From: Actinomycetales bacterium
Lineage (GTDB): Bacteria > Actinomycetota > Actinomycetes > Actinomycetales > Microbacteriaceae
DNA: 45,485 bases
Assembly: GCA_038208655.1 (NCBI GenBank)
Contig: JBBQYN010000001.1
Location: 1-45,485 of the forward strand
Direction: 5' to 3'
Part shown: piece after piece, positions 30,477 through 41,200 of the stretch
Layout of the letters: each line of letters begins with the position of its first letter
How positions within the stretch are numbered: position 1 is the first letter of the stretch
Program-made: the position numbers and the translations under genes
The notes under the pieces: model-generated
The model's input: the letters and a program-made list of their open reading frames with translations, nothing else
Told to the model about the DNA's origin: nothing
The model's database searches: none

Positions 30477-31681
30477 AGCGAGGCGTCGCTGGACGCGCCC
30501 GTCTTGAGGTTCGCGGGAATGTGCGCGAGGTAGGAATCGAGGTTACGGCGGGTTTCCGCGACGGAGTCGCCGCCGAACTTCTCCAGAACCGAATTGGCCA
30601 GCACCAGGGCGACCATCGCTTCGGCGACGACTCCGGCGGCGGGGACCGCGCACACATCGGAGCGCTGGTGGTGCGCAGGCGCGGCTTCGCTGGTGGCGAC
30701 ATCCACGGTGCGCAGGGCCCGCGGAATGGTGGCGATGGGCTTCATGCCCGCTCGCACCCGCAGCACGGTTCCGGTGCTCATGCCGCCTTCGGTGCCGCCG
30801 GCCTTGTCGCTGGCTCGCTGGATGGCGCCGTCGCTCATGACCAGTTCGTCGTGCGCGTCGGACCCGCGCCGCGTGGTGGTGAGAAACCCGTCGCCCACCT
30901 CGACGCCCTTGATGGCCTGGATGCCCATCAGCGCGGCGGCGAGTTGCGAGTCGAGGCGGCGGTCCCAGTGCACGAAGGACCCCAGTCCCGGGGGAAGGTT
31001 GTACGCGAGCACTTCCACGACCCCACCGAGGGTGTCGCCCTCCTGGTGGGCCGCATCGACTTCGGCGACCATACGAACGGATGTCACCGGGTCGAAGCAG
31101 CGCAGCGGGTCGGCGTCGAGGGTGTCCACGTCGCTGGGGTGCGGCAGCGGGGACCCCTCGGGAACCCGCACCGGGCCGATGGCGAGGGTATGGCTGACCA
31201 GGGTGATGCCCAGTTCGGCCAGGAAGGATCGGGCGACGGCGCCGAGTGCGACGCGGGCCGCGGTCTCGCGGGCGCTGGCCCGCTCGAGCACCGGGCGAGC
31301 CTCATCGAAGTCGTATTTCTGCATGCCGACGAGGTCTGCGTGTCCTGGCCGGGGTCGAGTCAACGCGGCGCCGCGCCCCCGGGTAGGGGTGTCTGCGTCC
31401 TGCGGTTCGGAGCCCATCACATCGACCCATTTGGGCCATTCCGTGTTGCCGATGCGCAGGGCGACCGGACCCCCCAAGGTGAGGCCGTGCCGCACCCCGC
31501 CGGAGACGGTGAGTTCGTCCTCCTCGAACTTCATGCGCGCACCCCGGCCGTAGCCGAGTTTGCGGCGCGCAAGGTCGAGGCGGACAGCAGAGAGGGTGAC
31601 CGGGATTCCAGCGGGCAAACCCTCGACAATGGCGAGGAGTTCGGGGCCGTGGGATTCTCCGGCAGTGAGCCAACGAAGCAT
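30473..31681 (-). CDS. aroC: Chorismate synthase
   Basis: [50 protein letters not shown]. Confidence 0.98.
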   Translation of the reverse strand: MLRWLTAGESHGPELLAIVEGLPAGIPVTLSAVRLDLARRKLGYGRGARMKFEEDELTVSGGVRHGLTLGGPVALRIGNTEWPKWVDVMGSEPQDADTPTRGRGAALTRPRPGHADLVGMQKYDFDEARPVLERASARETAARVALGAVARSFLAELGITLVSHTLAIGPVRVPEGSPLPHPSDVDTLDADPLRCFDPVTSVRMVAEVDAAHQEGDTLGGVVEVLAYNLPPGLGSFVHWDRRLDSQLAAALMGIQAIKGVEVGDGFLTTTRRGSDAHDELVMSDGAIQRASDKAGGTEGGMSTGTVLRVRAGMKPIATIPRALRTVDVATSEAAPAHHQRSDVCAVPAAGVVAEAMVALVLANSVLEKFGGDSVAETRRNLDSYLAHIPANLKTGASSDASL

Positions 31682-31701
31682 GTTCCTATCCTTTCACACG
31701 C

Positions 31702-32628
31702 TCAGGCCGTCTCCGGCAGGGTACTCCGCATCGCGGCCAGCACAGCGGCCTCCTGCGGAACGGGTGTCAGCGGGTTGCCGGTCACGAAAATGCGCACCTG
31801 GATCAGGGCTTGGTGCAGCAGCATCCCCAGCCCCGACGCGACCTGGCCGTCGGCGGTGGTCCAGGATCGGCCGAGCGCGCTGGGCCACGGCGCGTAGGCC
31901 ACGTCGAAGAGCAGCGCGCGGCGACGCAGCTCGGCCGGGAACTGGGTGTCCAGAACGGTGCCGCCGGGCAGTGTGCTGATGACCAGGTCGCTGTCCCGGC
32001 CGCCTGCGGCGATGTTGGCCAGGCTGGAGACGGTCACGATCAGGCCGAGCTGGTGGCCGAGTTCAACCAGCGCGGTGGCCTTGGCCGTGCTGCGCACCAC
32101 CACGTCGATGGTCTGCGCGCCGAGCTCTGCGGCGGCCACCAAAGCCGACGCGGCGGTCGCCCCGGCGCCGAGAATGGTCACGTGCCGGGCCCGGGTCATG
32201 CCCGCTTCGGCCAGCGCGCGCACCAGCCCGGGGACATCCGTGTTGAAACCGTGCACCGGGCCACCCGGTTCCCCCAGCAGCAGGGTGTTGACGGAGCTGC
32301 TGAGCTCGGCGACCCGATCACAGCCGGCCGAGAGCGCCATCGCCTCCCGTTTGAGCGGCATCGTCACCGACAGCCCTCGCCACTCGGGCGACAAGCCCGA
32401 GACAAAGTCGACCAGCTCACCCTCCGGCAGGTCTACGGCCTCGTAGCTCCAGTCCAGACCCAGCTCACGGTACGCCGCCCGGTGCAGCTGCGGGGATCGG
32501 GAGTGCCCGATCGGGCTGCCGAGCACGGCCAGGCGTCGCGGCCCGGTCGGCAGCTCCCCCGTCGGTTTCACCGCTGCGGGCTCCGGCGCTGCGGGTTCCG
32601 CCGCACCGCTTCCGGGATGGCTATTCAT
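31702..32628 (-). CDS. aroE: Shikimate dehydrogenase
   Basis: G.PIGHSRSP.LH, GLSVTMPLK, VNT, NTDV.G, GAGATA, DVAY, GLGMLLHQA. Confidence 0.96.
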   Translation of the reverse strand: MNSHPGSGAAEPAAPEPAAVKPTGELPTGPRRLAVLGSPIGHSRSPQLHRAAYRELGLDWSYEAVDLPEGELVDFVSGLSPEWRGLSVTMPLKREAMALSAGCDRVAELSSSVNTLLLGEPGGPVHGFNTDVPGLVRALAEAGMTRARHVTILGAGATAASALVAAAELGAQTIDVVVRSTAKATALVELGHQLGLIVTVSSLANIAAGGRDSDLVISTLPGGTVLDTQFPAELRRRALLFDVAYAPWPSALGRSWTTADGQVASGLGMLLHQALIQVRIFVTGNPLTPVPQEAAVLAAMRSTLPETA

Positions 32629-34012
32629 ATTCGGGGTGCTCCGCCATCCAGTTCAACCACACGTTCACCGCGGTCTGGTGTTCCTCGAGCGTGGAGGAGA
32701 ACGCGGTCTCCCCCGTGTCGAGGTTGGTCGTGACGAAGTACAGCCACCCGCCCTCGGCGGGATTCAGTGCGGCGTCGATGGCGAGGTCTCCGGGATTGGA
32801 GATCGGGCCGATCACCATGCCCGGGTGCACGTAGGTGTTGTACGGGTTGGCCGCGTCGGCCCGTTCCGCGTCAGTTGTGGTCACCCGGTGGGTGTTGCCG
32901 GTGCCGTAGGCGACGGTGGCGTCGGACTGCAGCAGCCCGCTGGACCACAGGGCGGGGTCGGTGCGGTTCAGGAACACCCGCGACACCTTGTAGAAGTCGT
33001 CGCTTAGGCCCGCTTCCCGCTGCACCAGCGAGGCCAGCACGATCGTGGACCAGCGCGCCTCCGGGGCGACCCCGGCCTGGTCGAGGGCCTGGAACTGGCG
33101 GTTGACCAGGGTGCTGATGGCCTCACCGGCCGTCACATCGGGTCGGAAGGTGTAGGTGGCCGGGAACAGGAAGCCTTCCACGGTCTTCGCCTCGCCGGGC
33201 AGCCCGTAGGCCGACACGTCGGCGGCCGCGGCCTGCAGGTCCGCCAGCGGAATCTCGGTGCCCTCGGCGACCAGTTCCAGCACGTCGGCGGCGGCGGTGC
33301 CCTCGGGAATCACCACGGTCTGTTCCAGTTTGGTGCTCGGGTCCTGCAACGCGTCCAGCGCCGCGACGCCGGTCATCTTGGTGGCCAGCTGGTACGCGCC
33401 GGGCTGGAAGACGGGTTCGGGGCTGGCGGTGAGCAGCACGGAGTAAAACGCGTCGAAACTTTTCACCACGTCTTCGTCGGCGAGGGTACGCGCGATGTCG
33501 GCCCCGGTGTCGCCGTCGTGGATCATCACCACGGTCTCGGTGCCGTCGGCGCTCTCGGTGCTGGTGTAATCCTCGGGCCCCTGGGTGGAGGCGATCAGCT
33601 GGGTCAGCGGGCCCTGCAGCGCGAAGGCCGCCGTGGCGAGCAGGCCGAGCACCACGACGAGCACGATCAGGCACCCCCAGGCGCCCTTGCGGCTTTTCTT
33701 CTCGCGCGGGGGTTCTCCGGCCAGCCGTTCTCGGCGTTTGGCGCGGCTGCTCATGCCACGTGTGCCGGGGGCAGCGGATGCCGCGGGTGTTCCGGGTGCG
33801 GGCGGCGGCTCTCCCGCCTCGGGTGCGGCGGCGAAGAGGCCGGCGGCAAAGGTGTCGGACTCGGTCGGTGTGGCCGCGGCGGCCGGTTCGGCGGCGGCCT
33901 GATCTGCTGCGGCGGCGCGTTCCGCTGCGGCGCGGTCGGCCTCTGCGCGTTCCGTTTCGGCACGCATGCTGCGCCGCGACGGGAGCGGAGGATCAGACGG
34001 GGGCTGCGACAC
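32621..34012 (-). CDS. mltG: Endolytic transglycosylase MltG (YceG family)
   Basis: Low-complexity cytoplasmic N-term, TM helix, IPEG, EGFLFPATY, ASLVQRE (catalytic Glu), LQSDATV.Y, PYNTY..PG...GPISNPG, YFVT. Confidence 0.95.
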   Translation of the reverse strand: MSQPPSDPPLPSRRSMRAETERAEADRAAAERAAAADQAAAEPAAAATPTESDTFAAGLFAAAPEAGEPPPAPGTPAASAAPGTRGMSSRAKRRERLAGEPPREKKSRKGAWGCLIVLVVVLGLLATAAFALQGPLTQLIASTQGPEDYTSTESADGTETVVMIHDGDTGADIARTLADEDVVKSFDAFYSVLLTASPEPVFQPGAYQLATKMTGVAALDALQDPSTKLEQTVVIPEGTAAADVLELVAEGTEIPLADLQAAAADVSAYGLPGEAKTVEGFLFPATYTFRPDVTAGEAISTLVNRQFQALDQAGVAPEARWSTIVLASLVQREAGLSDDFYKVSRVFLNRTDPALWSSGLLQSDATVAYGTGNTHRVTTTDAERADAANPYNTYVHPGMVIGPISNPGDLAIDAALNPAEGGWLYFVTTNLDTGETAFSSTLEEHQTAVNVWLNWMAEHPEYE

Positions 34013-34014
34013 GG

Positions 34015-34542
34015 CTACGGCCTTTCGGTCGGTTGCGCGGGCGAGCCAGGCGGCCGACCCGAGGCACGCTCGCTGTCAAGCGCGTGTTGCAGAATTATAG
34101 TTGCGGCCACCTGATCGACCACTGGACGCTGGGTGCGTGCGGAACGACCGGAGGACCGCAGCGCGGACTGCGCCGACACCGTAGACAGGCGTTCGTCGAC
34201 CAGGCGCACCGGAACATCGAGCGTTGCGGCGAGGGTGACCGCGAAGGCCACGGCATCTTCGGTGCTGGCGGTGCGGTTGCCCGACAGCGCCAGCGGCAGT
34301 CCCACGATCACCTCGACCGCCTCGAGCTCCGCGACGACGGCGGCGATGCGGGCCAGGTCGACGGTGCCGCCCGGGTCTCGGGGCACGGTCTCCACGGGGG
34401 TGGCGAGCATGCCGTGATTGTCGCTGCGGGCCAGGCCGATGCGCACCGTTCCCACATCGACCCCCACCCGCACGCCGCTGCGCATGCGCGGGGCGTCGGG
34501 CGCGACGGCGGCGTCAATGCCGTCGGGCGCGTCGGCGGCCAC
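34015..34542 (-). CDS. ruvX: YqgF/RuvX family RNase H-like nuclease (pre-16S rRNA maturation)
   Basis: GVDVGTVRIGLA, VGLP, DERLSTVSA, VDQVAATIILQ; alternative start ATG 34485. Confidence 0.95.
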   Translation of the reverse strand: MAADAPDGIDAAVAPDAPRMRSGVRVGVDVGTVRIGLARSDNHGMLATPVETVPRDPGGTVDLARIAAVVAELEAVEVIVGLPLALSGNRTASTEDAVAFAVTLAATLDVPVRLVDERLSTVSAQSALRSSGRSARTQRPVVDQVAATIILQHALDSERASGRPPGSPAQPTERP

Positions 34543-34544
34543 CG

Positions 34545-37199
34545 TCAGCGGCTGACCGTTGCGGCGACCGCGGCCAGGGCGGCCGGGATGGCCGAGACGT
34601 CGGTGCCGCCGCCCTGAGCGAGGTCGTCTTTGCCGCCGCCACCGCCGCCGAGAATCCCGGACAGCTGCTTGGCCAGGGCGCCGGCCCGGTGCCCGAGCTC
34701 GCGGGCGGCCGAGTTGGTTGCCACGATCACCACAGGCTTGTCGGCGACGGTTGCGGCGAGCACGACAACGGCGGGGTCGGAGCCGAGGCGTTCCCGCGTC
34801 GCGGTGACCAGCATCCGCACGTCGTCGGCGCTGGGCAGTACGCCCAGGTCGGCGGCCACGAGGCTGACCGCGCCGGCCCGCTGCACGGCGGCCGTGAGCG
34901 CGGGTACCCGGTCGCTGAGGGCACGGGCTTCGAAGGCGGCGATCTTTTTCTCGGCGGCCTTGAGGTTTGCCAGCAGGTCGCCGATGCGTTCGGGCAGATT
35001 CTCCCGCGGCGTCTTGAGGTTGCTGCTGAGCTGCGACACGATGGCCCGTTCCACGGCCAGGTCGCGGAACGCGTCCAGACCCACGAGGGATTCCACCCGG
35101 CGGTTGGCGGACCCGACCGAGGTTTCACTGACGAGGTTGATCATGCCGACCTCGGCGCTGGAGGCGACGTGGGTTCCGGCGCAGAGTTCCAACGACCACG
35201 GCCCGCCGATTTCGACGACGCGCACCACGTCGCCGTACTTCTCCCCGAACAGTGCCATCGCCCCGAGGGACTTCGCCTCGGCGAGGGGAAGTTCCCGGGT
35301 GGTGACGGGCAGGTTGTCCCGGATCGCAGTGTTCGAGATCTCTTCGATCTCGCTGCGGGTGGCCGGGGACAGCGCCTGGTTCCAGGAGAAGTCCAGCCGG
35401 AAGAACCCGGCCTTGTTGTACGAACCGGACTGGTGCGCGTTGGACCCGAGCACCTGCCGCAGGGCGGCGTGCAGAATGTGGGTGCCGGAGTGTGCCTGAC
35501 GCGCGCCGCGACGCCAATCCGGGTCGACGATGCTGGTGGCTTTCTCGCCCACTCCGACCTCGCCGGAGCGTACCTGCACCTTGTGGCTGATCAGGCCCTT
35601 GACGGGCTTTTGCACGTCGAGCACCTCGAGTTCGTAGCCGACACCCACGATCAGTCCGGCGTCGGCTTCCTGGCCGCCCGACTCGGCGTACAGCGTCGTC
35701 TCGGCGAGGATCACTTCGGCGATGTCACCGGCGACGGCGCGGGTGACCGAGTGTCCGTCGACGATCAGGCCCAGAATGGTCGAGTCGGTGTTGAGCTGGT
35801 CATAGCCGGTGAACAGGGTTTCGCCCTGGGCGCGGAAGGCGCTGTACACCGACAGGTCGGCCAGCAGTGTCTTCTTCGACTTCGCGTCGGCCTTGGCCAT
35901 CGCCCGTTGCTTGCTCATGAGCGTGTCAAAGGCTTCACGGTTCACGCTGAGCCCGGCTTCTTCAGCCATCTCGAGGGTGATCTCGATCGGGAAGCCGTAG
36001 GTGTCGTGCAACAGGAACGCGGTCTGGCCGGGGAGTTCCTTCTTCTGCTCTGTCTTGGTTTTGGCCACGGCGAGGTCGAGCACCTGGCTGCCGCTGGCGA
36101 GAGTGCGCAGGAAGGTTTCTTCTTCGCCGTAGGCTGCCTGGCTGATGCGAGCGTAGTCGGCGGCGGCCTCGGGGTAGGCGTCGCTCATGGCGTCGCGGCT
36201 GGCGGGCATAAGTTCGGGCAGGGTAGCCGCGTCAACGCCGAGCAGGCGCATGGCCCGCACGCTGCGACGCAACAGTCGACGCAGGATGTACCCGCGGCCC
36301 TCGTTGGAGGGCATCACGCCGTCACTCATGAGCATCAGCGAGGAGCGCACGTGGTCGGCGACGATGCGCATGCGCACGTCGTCGTCGTGGTCGGCGCCGT
36401 AGCGGCGGCCCGACAGCGCGGCGGCGCGATCCAGAACCGGCCGCACCTGGTCGATTTCGTACATGTTCGCCACCCCCTGCTTGAGGAACGCGACGCGTTC
36501 CAGGCCCATGCCGGTGTCGATGTTCTTGCGGGGCAGGTCGCCGAGAATCTGGAAGTCACTCTTGCCGGTGCTCTCCCCCCGCAGGTACTGCATGAAGACC
36601 AGGTTCCAGATTTCGACGTAGCGGTCGTCGTCGGTGGCCGGGCCGCCGTCGGCGCCGTAGGCGGGGCCGCGGTCGAAGAAGATCTCCGAGCAGGGTCCGG
36701 CCGGGCCGGGCTGTCCGGTGGACCAGTAGTTGGATTCCATGCCGAGGCGTTGGATGCGGTTGTCGGGCACCCCGAGGGCACGCCAGTACCGGTAGGCCTC
36801 GTCGTCGTCGAGGTAGATCGTGACCCAGAGTTCGCTCTCGCGAAAGCCGAAGCCGCCATCCGCTTCACTGGTGGTCAGCAGCTCCCAGGCGTAGCCGATG
36901 GCCTGTTCCTTGAAATAATCCCCGAAGGAGAAGTTTCCGGCCATTTGGAAGAAGGTTCCGTGCCGGGGGGTCTTGCCGACCTCTTCGATGTCGTTGGTGC
37001 GGATGCACTTCTGCACGCTCGTGGCCCGCGGGAACGGTGCCGGCACCAGACCGGTCAGGTACGGCACGAAGGGAACCATGCCGGCCACCGTGAAGAGCAG
37101 GCTGGGGTCGTCGCTGACGAGAGAGGCGGAGGGAACAACGGTGTGGCCGCGGTCGGCGAAGAATTCGAGCCAACGCCCGCGAATATCAGCAGTCTGCAT
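34545..37199 (-). CDS. alaS: Alanine--tRNA ligase
   Basis: DPSLLFTVAGMVPF, QKCIRT.DI, HGTFFQM.GNFSFGDYFK, IDTGMGLER, editing motifs HSGTH and ELCAGTH, GGGGGK. Confidence 0.99.
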   Translation of the reverse strand: MQTADIRGRWLEFFADRGHTVVPSASLVSDDPSLLFTVAGMVPFVPYLTGLVPAPFPRATSVQKCIRTNDIEEVGKTPRHGTFFQMAGNFSFGDYFKEQAIGYAWELLTTSEADGGFGFRESELWVTIYLDDDEAYRYWRALGVPDNRIQRLGMESNYWSTGQPGPAGPCSEIFFDRGPAYGADGGPATDDDRYVEIWNLVFMQYLRGESTGKSDFQILGDLPRKNIDTGMGLERVAFLKQGVANMYEIDQVRPVLDRAAALSGRRYGADHDDDVRMRIVADHVRSSLMLMSDGVMPSNEGRGYILRRLLRRSVRAMRLLGVDAATLPELMPASRDAMSDAYPEAAADYARISQAAYGEEETFLRTLASGSQVLDLAVAKTKTEQKKELPGQTAFLLHDTYGFPIEITLEMAEEAGLSVNREAFDTLMSKQRAMAKADAKSKKTLLADLSVYSAFRAQGETLFTGYDQLNTDSTILGLIVDGHSVTRAVAGDIAEVILAETTLYAESGGQEADAGLIVGVGYELEVLDVQKPVKGLISHKVQVRSGEVGVGEKATSIVDPDWRRGARQAHSGTHILHAALRQVLGSNAHQSGSYNKAGFFRLDFSWNQALSPATRSEIEEISNTAIRDNLPVTTRELPLAEAKSLGAMALFGEKYGDVVRVVEIGGPWSLELCAGTHVASSAEVGMINLVSETSVGSANRRVESLVGLDAFRDLAVERAIVSQLSSNLKTPRENLPERIGDLLANLKAAEKKIAAFEARALSDRVPALTAAVQRAGAVSLVAADLGVLPSADDVRMLVTATRERLGSDPAVVVLAATVADKPVVIVATNSAARELGHRAGALAKQLSGILGGGGGGKDDLAQGGGTDVSAIPAALAAVAATVSR

Positions 37200-37213
37200 G
37201 GGGTCCGGTCTGT

Positions 37214-37246
37214 GGTGGTGCGGGAAAAGGTGGTGCGGAAAAGTGG
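37214..37246. repeat. Imperfect 14-15 bp tandem repeat upstream of alaS
   Basis: ggtggtgcgggaaaa / ggtggtgcggaaaa / gtgg. Confidence 0.7.
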
Positions 37247-37249
37247 GGG

Positions 37250-37453
37250 TCAGCGGCCCGCAACGTCATCGCCGAGGGCATCGCGGAGTTCTGCCTCACG
37301 CTGCCGGTATCCGTCCGAGATCGCCTCGCCGAATTCGCGGGCCTTGACGTCGAGGTCGTTGAAGAACTGTTTGCCCTGCTGGGTTTGATTGACCTCGTGG
37401 GCGACAACGAACCCCACACACACACCAACAACCAGCCAGCCGAACTTCTTCAT
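37250..37453 (-). CDS. Small membrane-anchored hypothetical protein (DUF948-associated)
   Basis: MKK plus hydrophobic helix, then amphipathic helix (GYRQREAELR); SD GGGAG; ATGA overlap with the DUF948 gene. Confidence 0.8.
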   Translation of the reverse strand: MKKFGWLVVGVCVGFVVAHEVNQTQQGKQFFNDLDVKAREFGEAISDGYRQREAELRDALGDDVAGR

Positions 37454-37896
37454 TTTTCTTGCTCCCTGCGGTAGTCGGTCGTCTCCAGCGTACCGGCCCG
37501 GCGGCCTCTCCGGCGGTTGCGTGGGGTGGATTGGCTGCGTGGGCCCGGCGTCGGGGTGCTGCGGAAGGCCGCACGCACGCCCGCGGAAAAGCCGGCGATC
37601 TTGATCAGCGGGCCGCCGACGGTCGCGGCGAACAGGGCGACGAGGGCCGAGACGTTGCCCGTGACGTCAGCGACGTGGCCGGTGATCGTGTCCACCCGGG
37701 CCAGCTGCTGATTGGTCTGCTGCAGTGTGCTGGTGGTCTCGGCCAGCAGCGGGGTGACGTTCTCGCTGAGGTCACGGATGGCCGTGGTGGTCTGGTCGAA
37801 TACCCGCCCCAGTTTGAGCAGCGGCACCGCCAACAGCCCCACCAGAATCAGGAACACCCCTGCGGCTATCAGTCCGGCTAAGTCTCCACCTGACAC
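37450..37896 (-). CDS. DUF948 (YoxC-like) membrane protein
   Basis: SGGDLAGLIAAG.F..LV..LA.PL.KLG, coiled segment, GGPLIKIAGFS; alternative start 37911. Confidence 0.82.
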   Translation of the reverse strand: MSGGDLAGLIAAGVFLILVGLLAVPLLKLGRVFDQTTTAIRDLSENVTPLLAETTSTLQQTNQQLARVDTITGHVADVTGNVSALVALFAATVGGPLIKIAGFSAGVRAAFRSTPTPGPRSQSTPRNRRRGRRAGTLETTDYRREQEK

Positions 37897-37973
37897 GGTC
37901 ACACCATCCATTCGTCACGATTTGTCTTGGAACCGGGCCGGGCCTGCGCGGCGCTGCGCGGCGGCTTAACGCG

Positions 37974-38011
37974 GTGAAGGGTGGACCACCCACAGGCGGT
38001 CCACCCTTCAC
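37974..38011 (-). terminator. Stem-loop downstream of rpsD
   Basis: gtgaagggtggacc-N10-ggtccacccttcac, 14-bp perfect stem, 30 nt after the rpsD stop. Confidence 0.8.
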
Positions 38012-38041
38012 TGTACGTCACAGGCTGTGTGCGACTCGGGG

Positions 38042-38671
38042 TTAGCGAGCTGCGTAGTACTCCACAACGAGCTGAACTTCGCACGTCACGGGGATCTCGA
38101 TGCGCTTCGGGCTGCGCACGAGGCGAGCCTGCAGCTTGTCGAGCTCAACCTCGAGGTACGGGGGAAGCTTGGGGAGCAGGTCCACGTGTCCGCCGGCGGC
38201 GGCGACCTGGAACGGCTCCATGCCCTCGCTGCGAGCCTTCACGTGAATGAGCTGGCCGGGCTTGAGGCGGTAGGACGGCCGGTCGACGAGCTCTCCGTCG
38301 ACGAGGATGTGACGGTGGGTCACCATCTGGCGGGCCTGGGCGGTGGTGCGGGCGATGGCCGAGCGAACCAGGAGGGCATCGAGACGGGTCTCGAGGATCT
38401 CGACAAGGTTCTCACCGGTCAGGCCCTGACGACGACGAGCCTGCTCGAAGGCGATCTTCAGCTGGGCTTCGCGGATTCCGTACTGTGCGCGTAAACGCTG
38501 CTTCTCGCGCAGGCGAACGGCGTAGTCCGAGTCGGTCTTGCGCTTGGTGCGGCCGTGCTCACCCGGAGCGTAGGGACGCTTCTCGAGGAAGCGGGCTGCC
38601 TTCGGGGTCAGGGCAATGCCCAGCGCACGAGACAGACGGGTCTTACTGCGGGTACGTGACTTTGTAGACAC
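38042..38671 (-). CDS. rpsD: 30S ribosomal protein S4
   Basis: RPYAPGEHG, SDYAVRLREKQ, TGENL..LETRLD, ARQMVTHRHILVDG..VDRPSY, QLVVEYY; SD GAAAGGA. Confidence 0.99.
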   Translation of the reverse strand: MSTKSRTRSKTRLSRALGIALTPKAARFLEKRPYAPGEHGRTKRKTDSDYAVRLREKQRLRAQYGIREAQLKIAFEQARRRQGLTGENLVEILETRLDALLVRSAIARTTAQARQMVTHRHILVDGELVDRPSYRLKPGQLIHVKARSEGMEPFQVAAAGGHVDLLPKLPPYLEVELDKLQARLVRSPKRIEIPVTCEVQLVVEYYAAR

Positions 38672-38847
38672 GGTTTCCTTTCATGAGGACTCAAAAACTG
38701 GGATACCAGGGCGTGGTGACCAGGGTCAGGCACACGTCATGGGAGATCAGAGGATTGGGTGCCATGGGACGTCCGGCTACAGGACTCTTCCCCTCCAAAC
38801 TGGACAGGGACGCAGCCGCATGCCGAATCCAGTTGTAGGCAAGGTTC

Positions 38848-38858
38848 AGGCTACCACA
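38848..38858 (-). promoter_or_regulatory. Putative extended -10 promoter (TGTGG-TAGCCT) of rpsD
   Basis: TGn-TANNNT just after the rarA stop; implies a ~170-nt leader. Confidence 0.6.
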
Positions 38859-38864
38859 GCCGGG

Positions 38865-40199
<1,335 letters not shown>

Positions 40200-40205
40200 G
40201 GTCCC

Positions 40206-40211
40206 AGCGTA
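40206..40211 (-). promoter_or_regulatory. Putative -10 element (TACGCT) of leaderless rarA transcript
   Basis: TACGCT-gggacc-ATG. Confidence 0.6.
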
Positions 40212-40293
40212 GTTTGTGCGTAGAGTTCTACGGGGTCGCCCGCCGATCGCGGCCCGTGTTTGACCCGTATTGCGGGCACCGGGAGGTTTCGAC

Positions 40294-41121
40294 GTGGCAC
40301 AGCATCACAAGCAGGAGCGCGAAGCGCGCATGGAACGGGACCGGCTGCGGGGCTATCAGGCCCGCCGTGCCGTCAACTACACGCAGCAGCGCCGTCGGGT
40401 GCGCGACAACGTGGTGGCCGGTGTCGGCCTGGTCGTGGTCCTCGTGCTGGTGGTGGGCGCTCAGGTGTTCTACTTCGACCGTGGGCCCGGCAGTACCGAC
40501 ACCGCATCCTCGGACCCCGCCGTGTCCGACGCGGCCACGGATCCGGGCAGCGACACCGAGACGCCGCTCGCCGAGACCGGTCAGAATGAGGGTGACGTGC
40601 CGTCGGTGGACCTCGCCGAAGAGCGCACCTGGACGGGAACGCTGAGCCTGAACGATATTCCGTTGGGTATCGAGCTGGACGGCGCGCTCGCCCCGCAGGC
40701 CGTCGCGTCAACGGTCAGTCTGGTGCAGTCGGGTTTCTACGACGGGGTGTCCTGCCACCGCCTGACCACCGGCGGTTTCTTCGTACTGCAGTGCGGTGAC
40801 CCCGCCGGAGACGGCAGTGGCGGACCGGGCTACTCCTACGGCCCCATCGAGAACACCCCCGCCGACAACATCTACCCGGCCGGCACCATCGCCATGGCCC
40901 GGCAGGGCGACAACGCCTTCAGCATGGGAAGCCAGTTCTTCCTCGTCTATTCCGACACCACAATCCCCGCAGACCTTGCGGGAGGATATACCGTTGTGGG
41001 TAAGGTCACCAGCGGTCTGGAAGACGTGCGCGCCGCCATCACGGATTCCGGGGTGGAAAACGGTGCGTCCGACGGTGCCCCCGCGGTTCCGACGGCGATT
41101 ACCGCAGTAACAGTTCAGTAA
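40294..41121 (+). CDS. Membrane-anchored cyclophilin-type peptidyl-prolyl isomerase (PpiB-like)
   Basis: Basic N-term, TM helix, APQAV, GFYDG..CHRL, VLQCGDP.G.G.GGPGY, GTIAMA, GSQFF; GTG 40294 with GGAGG SD. Confidence 0.92.
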   Translation: MAQHHKQEREARMERDRLRGYQARRAVNYTQQRRRVRDNVVAGVGLVVVLVLVVGAQVFYFDRGPGSTDTASSDPAVSDAATDPGSDTETPLAETGQNEGDVPSVDLAEERTWTGTLSLNDIPLGIELDGALAPQAVASTVSLVQSGFYDGVSCHRLTTGGFFVLQCGDPAGDGSGGPGYSYGPIENTPADNIYPAGTIAMARQGDNAFSMGSQFFLVYSDTTIPADLAGGYTVVGKVTSGLEDVRAAITDSGVENGASDGAPAVPTAITAVTVQ

Positions 41122-41200
41122 ACCGATATTCCCCGCGTGGCCGTGCAATAGGGTTAAGGGGAATGAGCCCATATTCCGGGCACACAACACGAACGACAGG

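Noticed and set aside
37200-37249. T-box riboswitch upstream of alaS
   Set aside because: The spacer is only 50 nt, far too short, and lacks the T-box consensus.
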